Made by a program: the position numbers and the translations under genes. A stretch of 63,311 bases of DNA, the filler included, from Chthonomonadaceae bacterium (GTDB lineage Bacteria > Armatimonadota > Chthonomonadetes > Chthonomonadales > Chthonomonadaceae): assembly GCA_035650735.1 (NCBI GenBank). It is 4 parts of 4 records of this genome, joined end to end, with 100 filler letters (N's around TTAATTAATTAA, not from the genome) between each part and the next. Parts side by side here need not be neighbours in the genome. Positions count along the whole stretch, not along the records: positions 21,412 to 49,613 come from DASRGZ010000132.1; positions 49,714 to 56,211 come from DASRGZ010000137.1; positions 56,312 to 63,311 come from DASRGZ010000146.1; 1 more part is not named here. One strand, written 5' to 3'. How positions within the stretch are numbered: position 1 is the stretch's first letter; each line of letters opens with the position of its first letter. Below, piece after piece: positions 47,200 through 56,407 of the stretch. Under the pieces are notes generated by a model. The model was given only the letters and a program-made list of their open reading frames with translations. It was not told the origin of the DNA and searched no databases.

Positions 47200-48108
47200 C
47201 TAGGAGCCTCCGTAGTGGACGTGCCGCTCCGAGATTTTCAGGGAAATCCGGGTCAGCACCAGGATGATCACGAACATGATCCAGCCCATCGCGCAGGCAA
47301 AGCCCATCTTGTGATAGATGAAGGCGTTATCGAACAGGTACATCGTGTAGAAATAGGTCGAGCGGGCCGGAGAGCCGCCGGGGAACATCACGTAAGGTAC
47401 GGTGAAGACCTGTAGCGTACCGATGATGCCCATGATCAGGTTGAATAGGATCACCGGCGAGAGCATCGGCAGGGTGACGTGCCAGGTCTTGGCCCACCAG
47501 CCCGCGCCGTCAATCTCGGCGGCCTCGTAGAGCGGCTGCGGCACATCCTGCAAGCCCGCCAGGTAGATCACCATCGCCTGCCCCGCGCCCCAGGCGCCCA
47601 TCAGCACCAGCGCTGGCTTCGACCAGGCCGGATCGCCAAGCCAGTTCGGGCCCTTGAAGCCCAGATGCTGGAGCGCTTCGTTTAAGATGCCGTGTTCGCC
47701 GTTGAAGACCCAGAGCCAGAGCACCGCCAGCGAGACCGACGGCAGCAGGGAGGGCACGAAGAAGATGGCGCGGTAGAAGGCCATGCCGCGCACCTTCGTA
47801 TTGAGCAGCAAGGCCAGAGAGAGCGCCACGACCAGGCCCAGCGGCAGCGCCATCGCCGCGTAGACAAGCGTGTTCCAGAGCGTGATCCAGAACACCTCGT
47901 CATGCCAGAGCTCGCTGTAGTTGGCCGGGCCGATCCAGACCGGCTTGCGCAGCACCGAGTAGTCGCAGAAGCTATAGTAGATGGAGGCCAGCAGCGGGTA
48001 GAGCAGGAACACGCAGAACCCGATGATCCAGGGCAGCAGGAACAGGAGGGCCGTCCGTGCCTCCATCTTCGCGCTGCGGTTGCGGCGTGGAGCAACGACC
48101 TGTCTCAT
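47200..48108 (-). CDS. Carbohydrate ABC transporter permease
   Basis: IYLAGLQDVP..LYEAAEIDGA EAA motif. Confidence 0.93.
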   Translation of the reverse strand: MRQVVAPRRNRSAKMEARTALLFLLPWIIGFCVFLLYPLLASIYYSFCDYSVLRKPVWIGPANYSELWHDEVFWITLWNTLVYAAMALPLGLVVALSLALLLNTKVRGMAFYRAIFFVPSLLPSVSLAVLWLWVFNGEHGILNEALQHLGFKGPNWLGDPAWSKPALVLMGAWGAGQAMVIYLAGLQDVPQPLYEAAEIDGAGWWAKTWHVTLPMLSPVILFNLIMGIIGTLQVFTVPYVMFPGGSPARSTYFYTMYLFDNAFIYHKMGFACAMGWIMFVIILVLTRISLKISERHVHYGGS

Positions 48109-49433
48109 TGGCTCTCCCCTCGCTGGCGCAGGCGTTCCAGGTATTGATCCAGTTTGGGCTGCATGCGCGCCTGCACGGCATCCAGCGCCTCTTTCGGGGT
48201 CTTTTTCATCAGCGCGATCTCGTCAAAGGCATTGTTGAGCTCCGCCCCGTATTCCGGCCAGATTCCAAGCTTGGGCACGGCGAAGGTGTTCTTGCCGCGT
48301 GCCAGATCCGCAAACAGACGAATGTAGGGGTTCGGGTGCTGCTTCCAGAACGATTCGCTCACCTGGCGCAGCGGCGAGTGCTTGCGCTGGCCCAGGCAGA
48401 GCATCTCCATCCCCTTCTGCGACTGGACAAAGGCGATAAACGCGAAGGCTTCCCTGGGATGCTTGGCCCCGCGCGGGATCACCAATATATCTTCGTCTAC
48501 GAAGGTAGAGTTGGCAAGGTCGGGGCGGTCGGCGGGATGCGGGAAGGGCGCCGCCTTCCACTGAAGCTGCGGAGAATACTGGCTGATGTAGTTATACATC
48601 CACACGCCTTGAATCTCCATCGCCACCTTGTTATCCAGGAAGGCGTTTTGCGGGGAGGAGAAGTTGCCGAACCCGCTGCGGAAGGTCTGAAGCTCGGCGG
48701 CGCCATATTTTCGGGAATAGGACTGTATCCAATCGAAGGCGCGCACGTTCTCCGGGGAGTTGGCGGTGATGCGGGACCTGCCATCCCAGAGGCGCCCGCC
48801 AAAGAGATAGCCCCAGCCCCAGTTCCACCAGCCCGGTTCCGCCGGCATAAACCCGGCCACGACGATACGCCCATTCTCGCGCTTGGTCATTCTGACCGCG
48901 TCGGCGTCCATCTCCTCAAGAGTCTGCGGCGGGTGATCGGGGTTCAGGCCGGCCTGGCGGAACATCGCCGTGTTATAGTGCAGGGCCGTGGAGGCCGGAG
49001 TGGTCGGCAGAGCGTAGACGTGCCCGTGATAGTAGCCGATGTTCCAGTAGGCCGGGATATAGCGGTCCGCGGTGATGCCGTGGCTCTTGCAGTAGTCGTC
49101 GAGAGGCAGGAGGGCGTTGTCGTCGGCGAACTGGGCCACGTTGGTTCCCCAGAGGCCGGCGACATCCGGCGGATCGCCGCCCGCCGTCGCCAGCAGCGTC
49201 TTCCTGTCCACGTTGCTGACGGTCAGCATATCCACATGGACCCGGTTTTGCGAGCGGTTGAAGGCATTGACCACGTCCCGCATCGCATCGGCTTCAAAGC
49301 CGGTCCACTTCTCCCAGTAGGTGATGTGGACGGGGCCGGGCGTCGGGTGCGGCGCGGTAAGGTCTTCGCTATAGAGGATGGTCGCTACAATGCCGACGAC
49401 CATCAAGGGTATAGTAAAATCGCGCAAGCGCAT
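48105..49433 (-). CDS. Carbohydrate ABC transporter substrate-binding protein
   Basis: AGGDPPDV, YALP, LHYNTAMFRQAGL. Confidence 0.9.
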   Translation of the reverse strand: MRLRDFTIPLMVVGIVATILYSEDLTAPHPTPGPVHITYWEKWTGFEADAMRDVVNAFNRSQNRVHVDMLTVSNVDRKTLLATAGGDPPDVAGLWGTNVAQFADDNALLPLDDYCKSHGITADRYIPAYWNIGYYHGHVYALPTTPASTALHYNTAMFRQAGLNPDHPPQTLEEMDADAVRMTKRENGRIVVAGFMPAEPGWWNWGWGYLFGGRLWDGRSRITANSPENVRAFDWIQSYSRKYGAAELQTFRSGFGNFSSPQNAFLDNKVAMEIQGVWMYNYISQYSPQLQWKAAPFPHPADRPDLANSTFVDEDILVIPRGAKHPREAFAFIAFVQSQKGMEMLCLGQRKHSPLRQVSESFWKQHPNPYIRLFADLARGKNTFAVPKLGIWPEYGAELNNAFDEIALMKKTPKEALDAVQARMQPKLDQYLERLRQRGESQ

Positions 49434-49487
49434 TCTTAAACCTCAAGCTGCAATAGAATCTAGACTATTGTGGGCGTTTTCCTTTCG

Positions 49488-49607
49488 GGCGGCTAATGAC
49501 CTTTGACAATCTAACCGGATAGTGTTGAGTTAGAAAAACTGCCCCCTTAGACAATCCAAGGTCATCAGCCGCAGCAACAAAGGCACCAAGTCCGCCTTCG
49601 CGGACTC
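49488..49607. repeat. Short IR element plus REP at contig end
   Basis: GCGGCTAATGACC...GGTCATCAGCCGC; GCAACAAAGGCACCAAGTCCGCCTTCGCGGACT related to 55940-55971. Confidence 0.65.
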
Positions 49608-49613
49608 CTTTCT

Positions 49614-49713
49614 NNNNNNNNNNNNNNNNNNNNNNNNNNNNNNNNNNNNNNNNNNNNTTAATTAATTAANNNNNNNNNNNNNNNNNNNNNNNNNNNNNNN
49701 NNNNNNNNNNNNN
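49614..49713. other. Artificial contig linker
   Basis: N44-TTAATTAATTAA-N44. Confidence 0.99.
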
Positions 49714-50031
49714 ATCCTCGGCTGCACGCACTATCCGTTCCTGCTGCCCACCCTGGAAGCCCTTGCGCCCGCGCTGGATTTCGTGGACCCGGCGCTGCAA
49801 ACCGTGCGCGCGCTGGCCGACCGGCTGGCCCACGCGCAGCTTCTCGCTTCCCAACCGTCCGCAGAGCCTCCCCGCCACCGACTTGCCACCACCGGCGACC
49901 CCGCCGCCTTCGCCGCACAGATGCGCCGCTTCCTGCCCGAGGCGGCGCAGGCTGCGACTATCCTCGGCGCACGGTGGGAGCAGGGCGCTCTGCGCCTGCT
50001 TTCGTCTCCCCTCCCTTCTGTCGCTCCGTAA
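49714..50031 (+). CDS. murI: Glutamate racemase, C-terminal part
   Basis: ILGCTHYPFL catalytic motif, TTGDP; rph-rdgB downstream. Confidence 0.85.
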   Translation: MLGCTHYPFLLPTLEALAPALDFVDPALQTVRALADRLAHAQLLASQPSAEPPRHRLATTGDPAAFAAQMRRFLPEAAQAATILGARWEQGALRLLSSPLPSVAP

Positions 50032-50184
50032 TTCTCTGTTCCAACCGCGCCCCTAACTGTGGAATATTCTGGATGAGCGGTCGCTCTATCCTGCCCGCCT
50101 GGCGGCAGGATCGCGCCCGCTATCTGCCTGAGAGCCGCAGACGTCTCTTCAGGCAAAATCGTAGAAACTCGGAGACGAGACAGA

Positions 50185-52206
50185 ATGCCGCGCGACCTAC
50201 CTGTTTGCAACGGGAGCTTGCTGGTTGCCTTTGACGAAACGTATAACCTGCGGGAGCTCTACTATCCCCACGTCGGGCAGTACAATCACACGCTGGGCTA
50301 TCCCTGGCGCTTTGGCGTCTGGGCGGAGGGGCGCCTCTCCTGGACCTCCGACGACGGCTGGGAGCGCCACCTGCAATACGAACCCGATACGCTGGTGACC
50401 AACGTGCGGCTTGTCCACCGGGAGATGCAGATCGCGCTGACCTGTCACGACTGCGTGGACTGTAATCTGGACATCTTCCTGCGGCGCGTCGAGATAGAGA
50501 ACCTGGGCGGCGGCGAGCGGGACATCCGGCTGTTCTGGCATCAGGACTTCAATATTGCCGGCTCGCGCGAGGGCGACACGGCCTACTACGATCCGGCCCG
50601 CCGCGCGCTCATCCACTATAAGGGCCGCTTTTGGTTTTTGGTCAGCGGCACCAACGGGCGCGAGTGGGGCCTTTCCAGCTACGCCACCGGCATCATCGGC
50701 CACCACAAGGCGCAGGGCACCTGGCGCGACGCCGAGGACGGCTCGCTGGGCCGCAACCCCATCGCGCAGGGCAGCGTGGACTCGGTAGGCCGCGTCATGG
50801 TGCACGTCCGGGACCGGGCCGTCGCCTATTACTGGATCTGCGCCGGGCGCGACCTGGCCGACGTCAGTCACCTCGACCACGAGATCCGCGAGGTCGGGCC
50901 GGAGACCATCTTGCAGCGCGTCCGTACCTACTGGCAGTTCTGGGTGACCAAAGGCGACATGCCTACCGACCTGCCCGAAGACATCATTCGGTTCTACCGG
51001 CGGAGTCTGCTCATCCTGCGCACGCAGATAGACAACGGCGGCGCGATTCTGGCGGCCAACGACTCGGAGGTCCTGCAATATAGCCGGGATTCCTACTCCT
51101 ATATGTGGCCGCGCGATGGGGCGCTGGTGGCGCAGGCGCTCGACCTGGCCGGGTATCACGAAGTCACCCGTCGCTTCTTCACCTTCTGCGCCGATATTAT
51201 TGACCCGACTGGCTACTTCTGGCACAAGTATAACCCGGACGGCAGCGTCGGCTCCTCCTGGCATCCCTGGGCCACCCGCGAGGGCCATCTGCAACTGCCC
51301 ATCCAGGAGGATGAGACGGCGCTGGTGCTCTACGCGCTGGGAGAGCATTTCACGCGCTGCTGTGACGTGGACTACCTGCGCAGCATCTACCGCACGCTGG
51401 TGGAACCGGCGGGCGATTTCCTGGCCAACTTCCGCGACCCGACCACGCGCCTGCCCGACATGTGCTGGGACTTGTGGGAGGAGCGGCGCGGCATCCACAC
51501 CTTTACGGTGGCCAGCGTCTGGGCGGGGCTGATGGCGGCGGCGCGCTTTGCCGACATTTTCGGCGACCACGACCGCGCGCGGCGATATCTGTGCGCGGCG
51601 CAGGAGGTACGCGAGGCTGCGGATCGGTATCTGTTCGACGTGGTGAAGAATCGGTTTCTGCGTGGTCTGCGTGTAGAGCATCGGCACATCCACTGCGATG
51701 AGACGATAGATGCGAGCCTGGCCGGGCTGTTTGTGTGCCGCTTCCTGGAGCCGGACGACCCGCGCCTGGTCGCCACAATGGATCAGTTGGCGTCGCGCCT
51801 GTGGGTCAAGACGCCCGTGGGCGGCGTGGCTCGCTACGAGTGCGATTACTATCACCGCTGCACCGATGATATGGAGAATGTGCCGGGCAATCCCTGGTTT
51901 CTCTGCACGCTCTGGCTGGCGCAGTGGCAGATCCAGCGCGCCCGCTCCCCGCGTGACCTGGAGAAGCCCCTCGAGCTGCTGCGCTGGTGCATCGCCCACG
52001 CGCTAGAGTCGGGCGTCATGGCCGAGCAGATCCATCCCTACACGGGCGCGCCTCTCTCGGTCTCGCCCCTGACCTGGTCCCACGCGGCCTACGTGGCGAC
52101 GGTCTGCCAGCTGCGCGACAAGCAGCGCGCCCTGCTGCTGCGTCGGGCCGAGCAGGCGAAATGGGCCGCGGAGATAGATGCTGAAGCCGTTTTCAATCAC
52201 CCCTAA
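50185..52206 (+). CDS. GH15 glucoamylase-family glycoside hydrolase
   Basis: YMWPRDG, QEDET, DLWEE, AEQ, PLTWSHA. Confidence 0.92.
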   Translation: MPRDLPVCNGSLLVAFDETYNLRELYYPHVGQYNHTLGYPWRFGVWAEGRLSWTSDDGWERHLQYEPDTLVTNVRLVHREMQIALTCHDCVDCNLDIFLRRVEIENLGGGERDIRLFWHQDFNIAGSREGDTAYYDPARRALIHYKGRFWFLVSGTNGREWGLSSYATGIIGHHKAQGTWRDAEDGSLGRNPIAQGSVDSVGRVMVHVRDRAVAYYWICAGRDLADVSHLDHEIREVGPETILQRVRTYWQFWVTKGDMPTDLPEDIIRFYRRSLLILRTQIDNGGAILAANDSEVLQYSRDSYSYMWPRDGALVAQALDLAGYHEVTRRFFTFCADIIDPTGYFWHKYNPDGSVGSSWHPWATREGHLQLPIQEDETALVLYALGEHFTRCCDVDYLRSIYRTLVEPAGDFLANFRDPTTRLPDMCWDLWEERRGIHTFTVASVWAGLMAAARFADIFGDHDRARRYLCAAQEVREAADRYLFDVVKNRFLRGLRVEHRHIHCDETIDASLAGLFVCRFLEPDDPRLVATMDQLASRLWVKTPVGGVARYECDYYHRCTDDMENVPGNPWFLCTLWLAQWQIQRARSPRDLEKPLELLRWCIAHALESGVMAEQIHPYTGAPLSVSPLTWSHAAYVATVCQLRDKQRALLLRRAEQAKWAAEIDAEAVFNHP

Positions 52207-52356
52207 CAGGATTTCCGGGGAGTCGCGTCGAACGGTGTCGAGTCAGGAGGCGAGAATATCACCTCAACGGCAAGGCGGAGAAGCCCTTCCCGACAGGCAG
52301 GCTGGCGAGGAGTCCCCGCAGCCCTGCCGGGAGGGGGCTTCGACGGAGGTACGGCG

Positions 52357-53575
52357 ATGTTACAGCAGGGCCAGCAACAGCAGGGGGAAGCGCCATACCG
52401 TTACGACCCGGAGATGCTCAATAAAGTAACGGCCCTGGCTTCCCAACTCCAGAACCGGCATCAGGAGACGCTGACCGCGCAGCAGATGGAGGCCATCGGC
52501 GCGGAAGTCGGCCTGGAGCCGGCCTTCGTTCGGCAAGCCCTGGGGCTGCTCTCCGAGAAGCGGGCCAGGATAGAGCGCACCAGGACGCTCTGGAAGGAGT
52601 TCTGGTCGCGGGAGAACCGGCAGAAAGCCGCCGCCTTCCTCTTTCCTCTGCTCTGGGGCTTACTGACCTTCAGTATCCCCTACACGGCCCTGAACGGAGC
52701 CTGGCCCTTGACGGCGCTACCGGTGGCCGGGGTGCTGGGGTTTCTCGCCGGTCAGAAGAAGGTCGGTTTCGAGGTGGGGGCGGAGACCCTGCTGATCCTG
52801 ATTCTGGCAACCCTGGTCACGTCGGCGGCGCATCCCGACATTGCTGGCAACCATGATTTAGGATGGACCATCCCCGTAACGGTCGTGCTTACGCCCATCA
52901 GCGGCCTGTTTGGGCTGTGGGGAGCCTCCATCCGCGCCCGCTTCTTTCCGCAGCGTTCCGCGCCATCCTCCCTACAAACCATGTCCCGCCAGGAACTGCT
53001 CGACCTGTTCTTCACTTTACAGAGGCAGTTGGTGGGACAGAAACAGCATCGCGCCTTTCTGAGCGTGGATGTGGTCGGCTCGACGGAGATGAAGCGCGAC
53101 GCTCCGGAACTGGAGGTCGAATACTCCTTATGGTCAATTCCGCCGCTGGGTGGAGGAGATAGTGGGGCGCTGCGGGGGCCAGGTGCAGAGCGCGGCGGGA
53201 GACGGCATGATGTGCCTGTTTGAAACGGATGCCGGGGCCGTGCGCGCGGCCCGTCTGCTACAGGTGGGGCTGGCGCAGTTCAACGCCGGGCGAAACCGCC
53301 TGCCCATGCCCTTTCGTCTTCGGTGCGGGGTGAGCGCCGGGGAAGTCGCCATGGAGGAGGGAGCCAGCATCGGATATCTGGATAGCCCGGTGATAGACCG
53401 CGCGGCGGCGCTGCAAAAAAGCGCGGAACCGGGGGATATCGTCGTCAGCGGCGAGGTCGCGGGGGTCGCCCTGGTTGAATTGGGAGGGTTGGCGGCGCTG
53501 CCGGAACCCATTCAGGGCCAACCCGCCTTTTCCTGGAAGGCCGGCCAACGCCAGGGACAGAATGATCCCGCCTGA
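52357..53575 (+). CDS. Membrane-bound class III cyclase-domain protein; frameshift near 53128
   Basis: Four TM helices; SVDVVGST, then after the frame change GQFRRWVEE, AGDG, LRCGVSAGEV. Confidence 0.75.
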
Positions 53576-53736
53576 TCCGCCCGCTCCCAGGTGGCCCGGT
53601 AAGCGAACCTGGCGTTGCGGTCGCTCGGCCTTTTGTTCCAAGATTTGAGTTCGTCTCCGTGAAGTGGTTGTATCGTTGCGCGCGTCGGTACGTAATACTA
53701 GGGAGAGAGCATTGAAGAGGAACGGAGGGCCGAACG

Positions 53737-54015
53737 ATGATTCTGACCTTAGATTTAGACCCCAAACTTGAGAGCCAGCTCTGCGAGCAGGCCGCAGCGA
53801 AGGGCGTGGAATTGGAAGCCTATGTGAAGGAACTGCTCAAAACTGCCGCACAGCGAGAACGCAACCAGGCAGCTATTGCAGCGCTGCGTTCCTGGCGCGA
53901 AGAGGGCGATGAGGAGGAACAGCGCGAAACGTTTGAAGCTTTGAAACGCGGGCTGAATGAGAGCCGCAGAGGATATCGTGTGCTCTTTCCGGAGGATGGA
54001 GAGGAGCAAGCATAG
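53737..54015 (+). CDS. Antitoxin of a PIN-toxin pair
   Basis: LTLDLDPKLESQL...ALRSWREEGDEEEQRETF; overlaps the toxin start. Confidence 0.75.
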   Translation: MILTLDLDPKLESQLCEQAAAKGVELEAYVKELLKTAAQRERNQAAIAALRSWREEGDEEEQRETFEALKRGLNESRRGYRVLFPEDGEEQA

Positions 54016-54550
54016 TGGCCCAGGTTATCGTGCTTGACTCCTCCCCGCTAAGTCTCGTTACGAATCCGAAAATAACACCGGATAACCTGGCTTGCCGACA
54101 GTGGTTGCGAGGCTTGCTGAGGCAAGGACGGCGTATCATTCTTCCTGAAATCGTGGATTATGGGTAATTCCTCCCAACCGTGTTGACGCTTCTCATGGAG
54201 CGCACGCTTTTGAGATGTATCCACACGATTGGGGGCGTCTACCGGATTATGAATTACGTCGAGAATTGCTCCGAGCAAATAAGACCGCTGGTATCGCGCG
54301 GTTGGATATAATGTGCCAGACGTTGGAAGACCTGCCGATAACGACGCCGGCCATGCGGCAGGCGGCGGCCTTCTGGGCGCAGTCGCGTCAGTTGGGACGC
54401 CCGACCGCCGATCCGAGGGAACTGGATGCCGGCGTAATTCTGGCGGCGCAGGTCGTGACGCTGAACGAACCCGACACCGTCGTCGCGACCACCAATGTAG
54501 GGCACCTGAACTGGTTCACAGCGGCGGATACATCGCGCAATATTTCTTGA
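54015..54550 (+). pseudogene. PIN (VapC-like) toxin inactivated by a MITE
   Basis: VIVLDSSPL...PEIVDY | insertion | ELRRELLRA...ILAAQ...VATTNVGHL. Confidence 0.88.
54163..54243. mobile_element. 81-bp MITE with GGTA...TACC TIRs and 8-bp TSD
   Basis: GGATTATG at 54155-54162 and 54244-54251; ends GGTAATTCCTCCCAACCGTGT / ACACGATTGGGGGCGTCTACC. Confidence 0.9.
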
Positions 54551-54569
54551 AAGGGAGATAGAGAGTTTT

Positions 54570-55292
54570 ATGCCACGAGTGGATGGACGCGGCAGCAATC
54601 AGATGCGCCCAACGCGCATCACACGCGGCTTCATGCCCAACGCCGAGGGCTCCTGCCTGATCGAGATGGGCAATACCCGCGTGATCTGTACGGCCTCGGT
54701 GGAGGAGAAGGTGCCCCCATTTCTGAAGGGACAGGACCAGGGCTGGGTGACGGCGGAGTACGGAATGCTGCCGCGTTCGACCAATACGCGCACGCCCCGC
54801 GAAACGAAGAGCGGCCCCAGCGGGCGCACGATGGAGATCCAGCGGCTTATCGGGCGCAGCCTGCGGACGGTCGTGGAAATGCCGGTGCTGGGCGAGCGCA
54901 CGATCTGGCTGGACTGCGATGTGCTTCAGGCCGACGGCGGCACCCGCTGTGCCTCCATTACCGGGTCGTATGTCGCGCTGGCCGAAGCGTGCCGCAAGCT
55001 GGTCAACGCGCGCCTGATCACGCGGATGCCGCTGACGGGCATGGTTGCCGCCATTAGCGTCGGCGTGGTCGGCAGCGACGAACTGCTCGACCTGTGCTAT
55101 GAAGAGGACTCGCGCGCAGCCGTAGATATGAACGTGGTCATTACCGACAAGGGCCGCTATATTGAGGTGCAGGGCACGGCGGAGCAGACTCCTTTCGACC
55201 GCAATCGCCTCAACCGCCTGCTGGACCTGGCGCAGACCGGGCTGGATGAGCTGTTCCGATTGCAGCGGGCGGCGCTGGAAGGGGTGCTATGA
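54570..55292 (+). CDS. rph: Ribonuclease PH
   Basis: [33 protein letters not shown]. Confidence 0.97.
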   Translation: MPRVDGRGSNQMRPTRITRGFMPNAEGSCLIEMGNTRVICTASVEEKVPPFLKGQDQGWVTAEYGMLPRSTNTRTPRETKSGPSGRTMEIQRLIGRSLRTVVEMPVLGERTIWLDCDVLQADGGTRCASITGSYVALAEACRKLVNARLITRMPLTGMVAAISVGVVGSDELLDLCYEEDSRAAVDMNVVITDKGRYIEVQGTAEQTPFDRNRLNRLLDLAQTGLDELFRLQRAALEGVL

Positions 55293-55903
55293 CCTACCCG
55301 CGCAAGCTGCTGATCGCCACCACCAACCCCAAGAAGGGCGCGGAGATGGCCCAGATTCTCGGCGCAGCCAATCTCGGCGTCGAATTCGTAACGCTGGCCG
55401 ATTTTCCCGAAATGCCGCCTGTGGACGAGACAGGCGCGACCTTTATGGAGAACGCGCATCTCAAGGCCGCGGCGGCTGCCCGGCATACGGGCCTGGTCGC
55501 CATCGCCGACGACGGCGGGCTGGTGATCGATGCGCTGGGCGGCCTGCCCGGCGTGCAGTCCCACCGCTTCCTGGGAGAGAATACGCCGTTTCCGGAAAAG
55601 ATGGCCCGTATCTTGGAAAAGATGCAGGAGGTGCCGGAGGCGCAGCGTACCTGCCGTTTCCAGTGCGCCGTCGTTGTCGCCACGCCCGATGGGCGCGCCT
55701 ATGAGTGCGAGGGCCGTTGCGAGGGGCGCATCGCCCACGAGATGCGCGGCAGCTATGGCTTCGGCTACGATCCCATCTTCCTGCTTCCCGAATTCAGCAA
55801 GCACATGGCCGAGCTTCCTCCTGAAGAGAAGCACAAGATCAGCCATCGCGGTAAGGCGCTTGCCTGCGCCATCGCAAAGTTGAAGGAACTATTCCCGCAA
55901 TAG
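55289..55903 (+). CDS. rdgB: dITP/XTP pyrophosphatase (Ham1 family)
   Basis: [28 protein letters not shown]. Confidence 0.95.
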   Translation: MTYPRKLLIATTNPKKGAEMAQILGAANLGVEFVTLADFPEMPPVDETGATFMENAHLKAAAAARHTGLVAIADDGGLVIDALGGLPGVQSHRFLGENTPFPEKMARILEKMQEVPEAQRTCRFQCAVVVATPDGRAYECEGRCEGRIAHEMRGSYGFGYDPIFLLPEFSKHMAELPPEEKHKISHRGKALACAIAKLKELFPQ

Positions 55904-55919
55904 GTCGTCCAGATAGGAA

Positions 55920-56211
55920 GCGGGCGAATGAATTCGCGGCAACAAAGGCACGAAGTCGCCCTGCGGCGACTGCCCTCACCCCCGGCCCTTTGTGTAGGGT
56001 GTAGGGTATAGGGTGTAGGGTGTAGGGTATAGGGTGTAGGGTGTAGGGTATAGGGTGTAGGGGGTAGGGGGTAGGGTGTAGGGGGTAGGGCCGCCCTCAT
56101 CCCCGGCCCTTCTCCCTTGCAGGGAGAGGGGAGAGCAGAAGCCGGATCACTCCCTTCCCTGGGAGGGTCGCTAGGTGTCGCAAGGCGGAGGCAGGGGCCG
56201 TAACCCTGCCG
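55920..56211. repeat. REP cluster containing a 14-unit heptamer tandem repeat (55994-56090)
   Basis: (G/A)TAGGG(T/G) x14 between two GCCCTCA(C/T)CCCCGGCCCTT copies; contig ends inside a copy of the repeat seen at 46911. Confidence 0.9.
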
Positions 56212-56311
56212 NNNNNNNNNNNNNNNNNNNNNNNNNNNNNNNNNNNNNNNNNNNNTTAATTAATTAANNNNNNNNNNNNNNNNNNNNNNNNNNNNNNNNN
56301 NNNNNNNNNNN
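56212..56311. other. Artificial contig linker
   Basis: N44-TTAATTAATTAA-N44. Confidence 0.99.
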
Positions 56312-56403
56312 TCCGCCTTTCGTTGTATCCGGGCGGTCACAAGCTCGACGGCCCGATGCAGGCGGAGGCGTTCGCATGGCTGGACCAGTGGCTAGCAGGG
56401 TAG
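56312..56403 (+). CDS. C-terminal end of an alpha/beta hydrolase (dienelactone hydrolase-like)
   Basis: RLSLYPGGHKLDGPMQAEAFAWLDQWL*. Confidence 0.6.
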
Positions 56404-56407
56404 GCAC

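Noticed and set aside
55765..56100. 111-aa ORF with PTPYTLH repeats
   Set aside because: It is the translation of the heptamer array and is antisense to rdgB.
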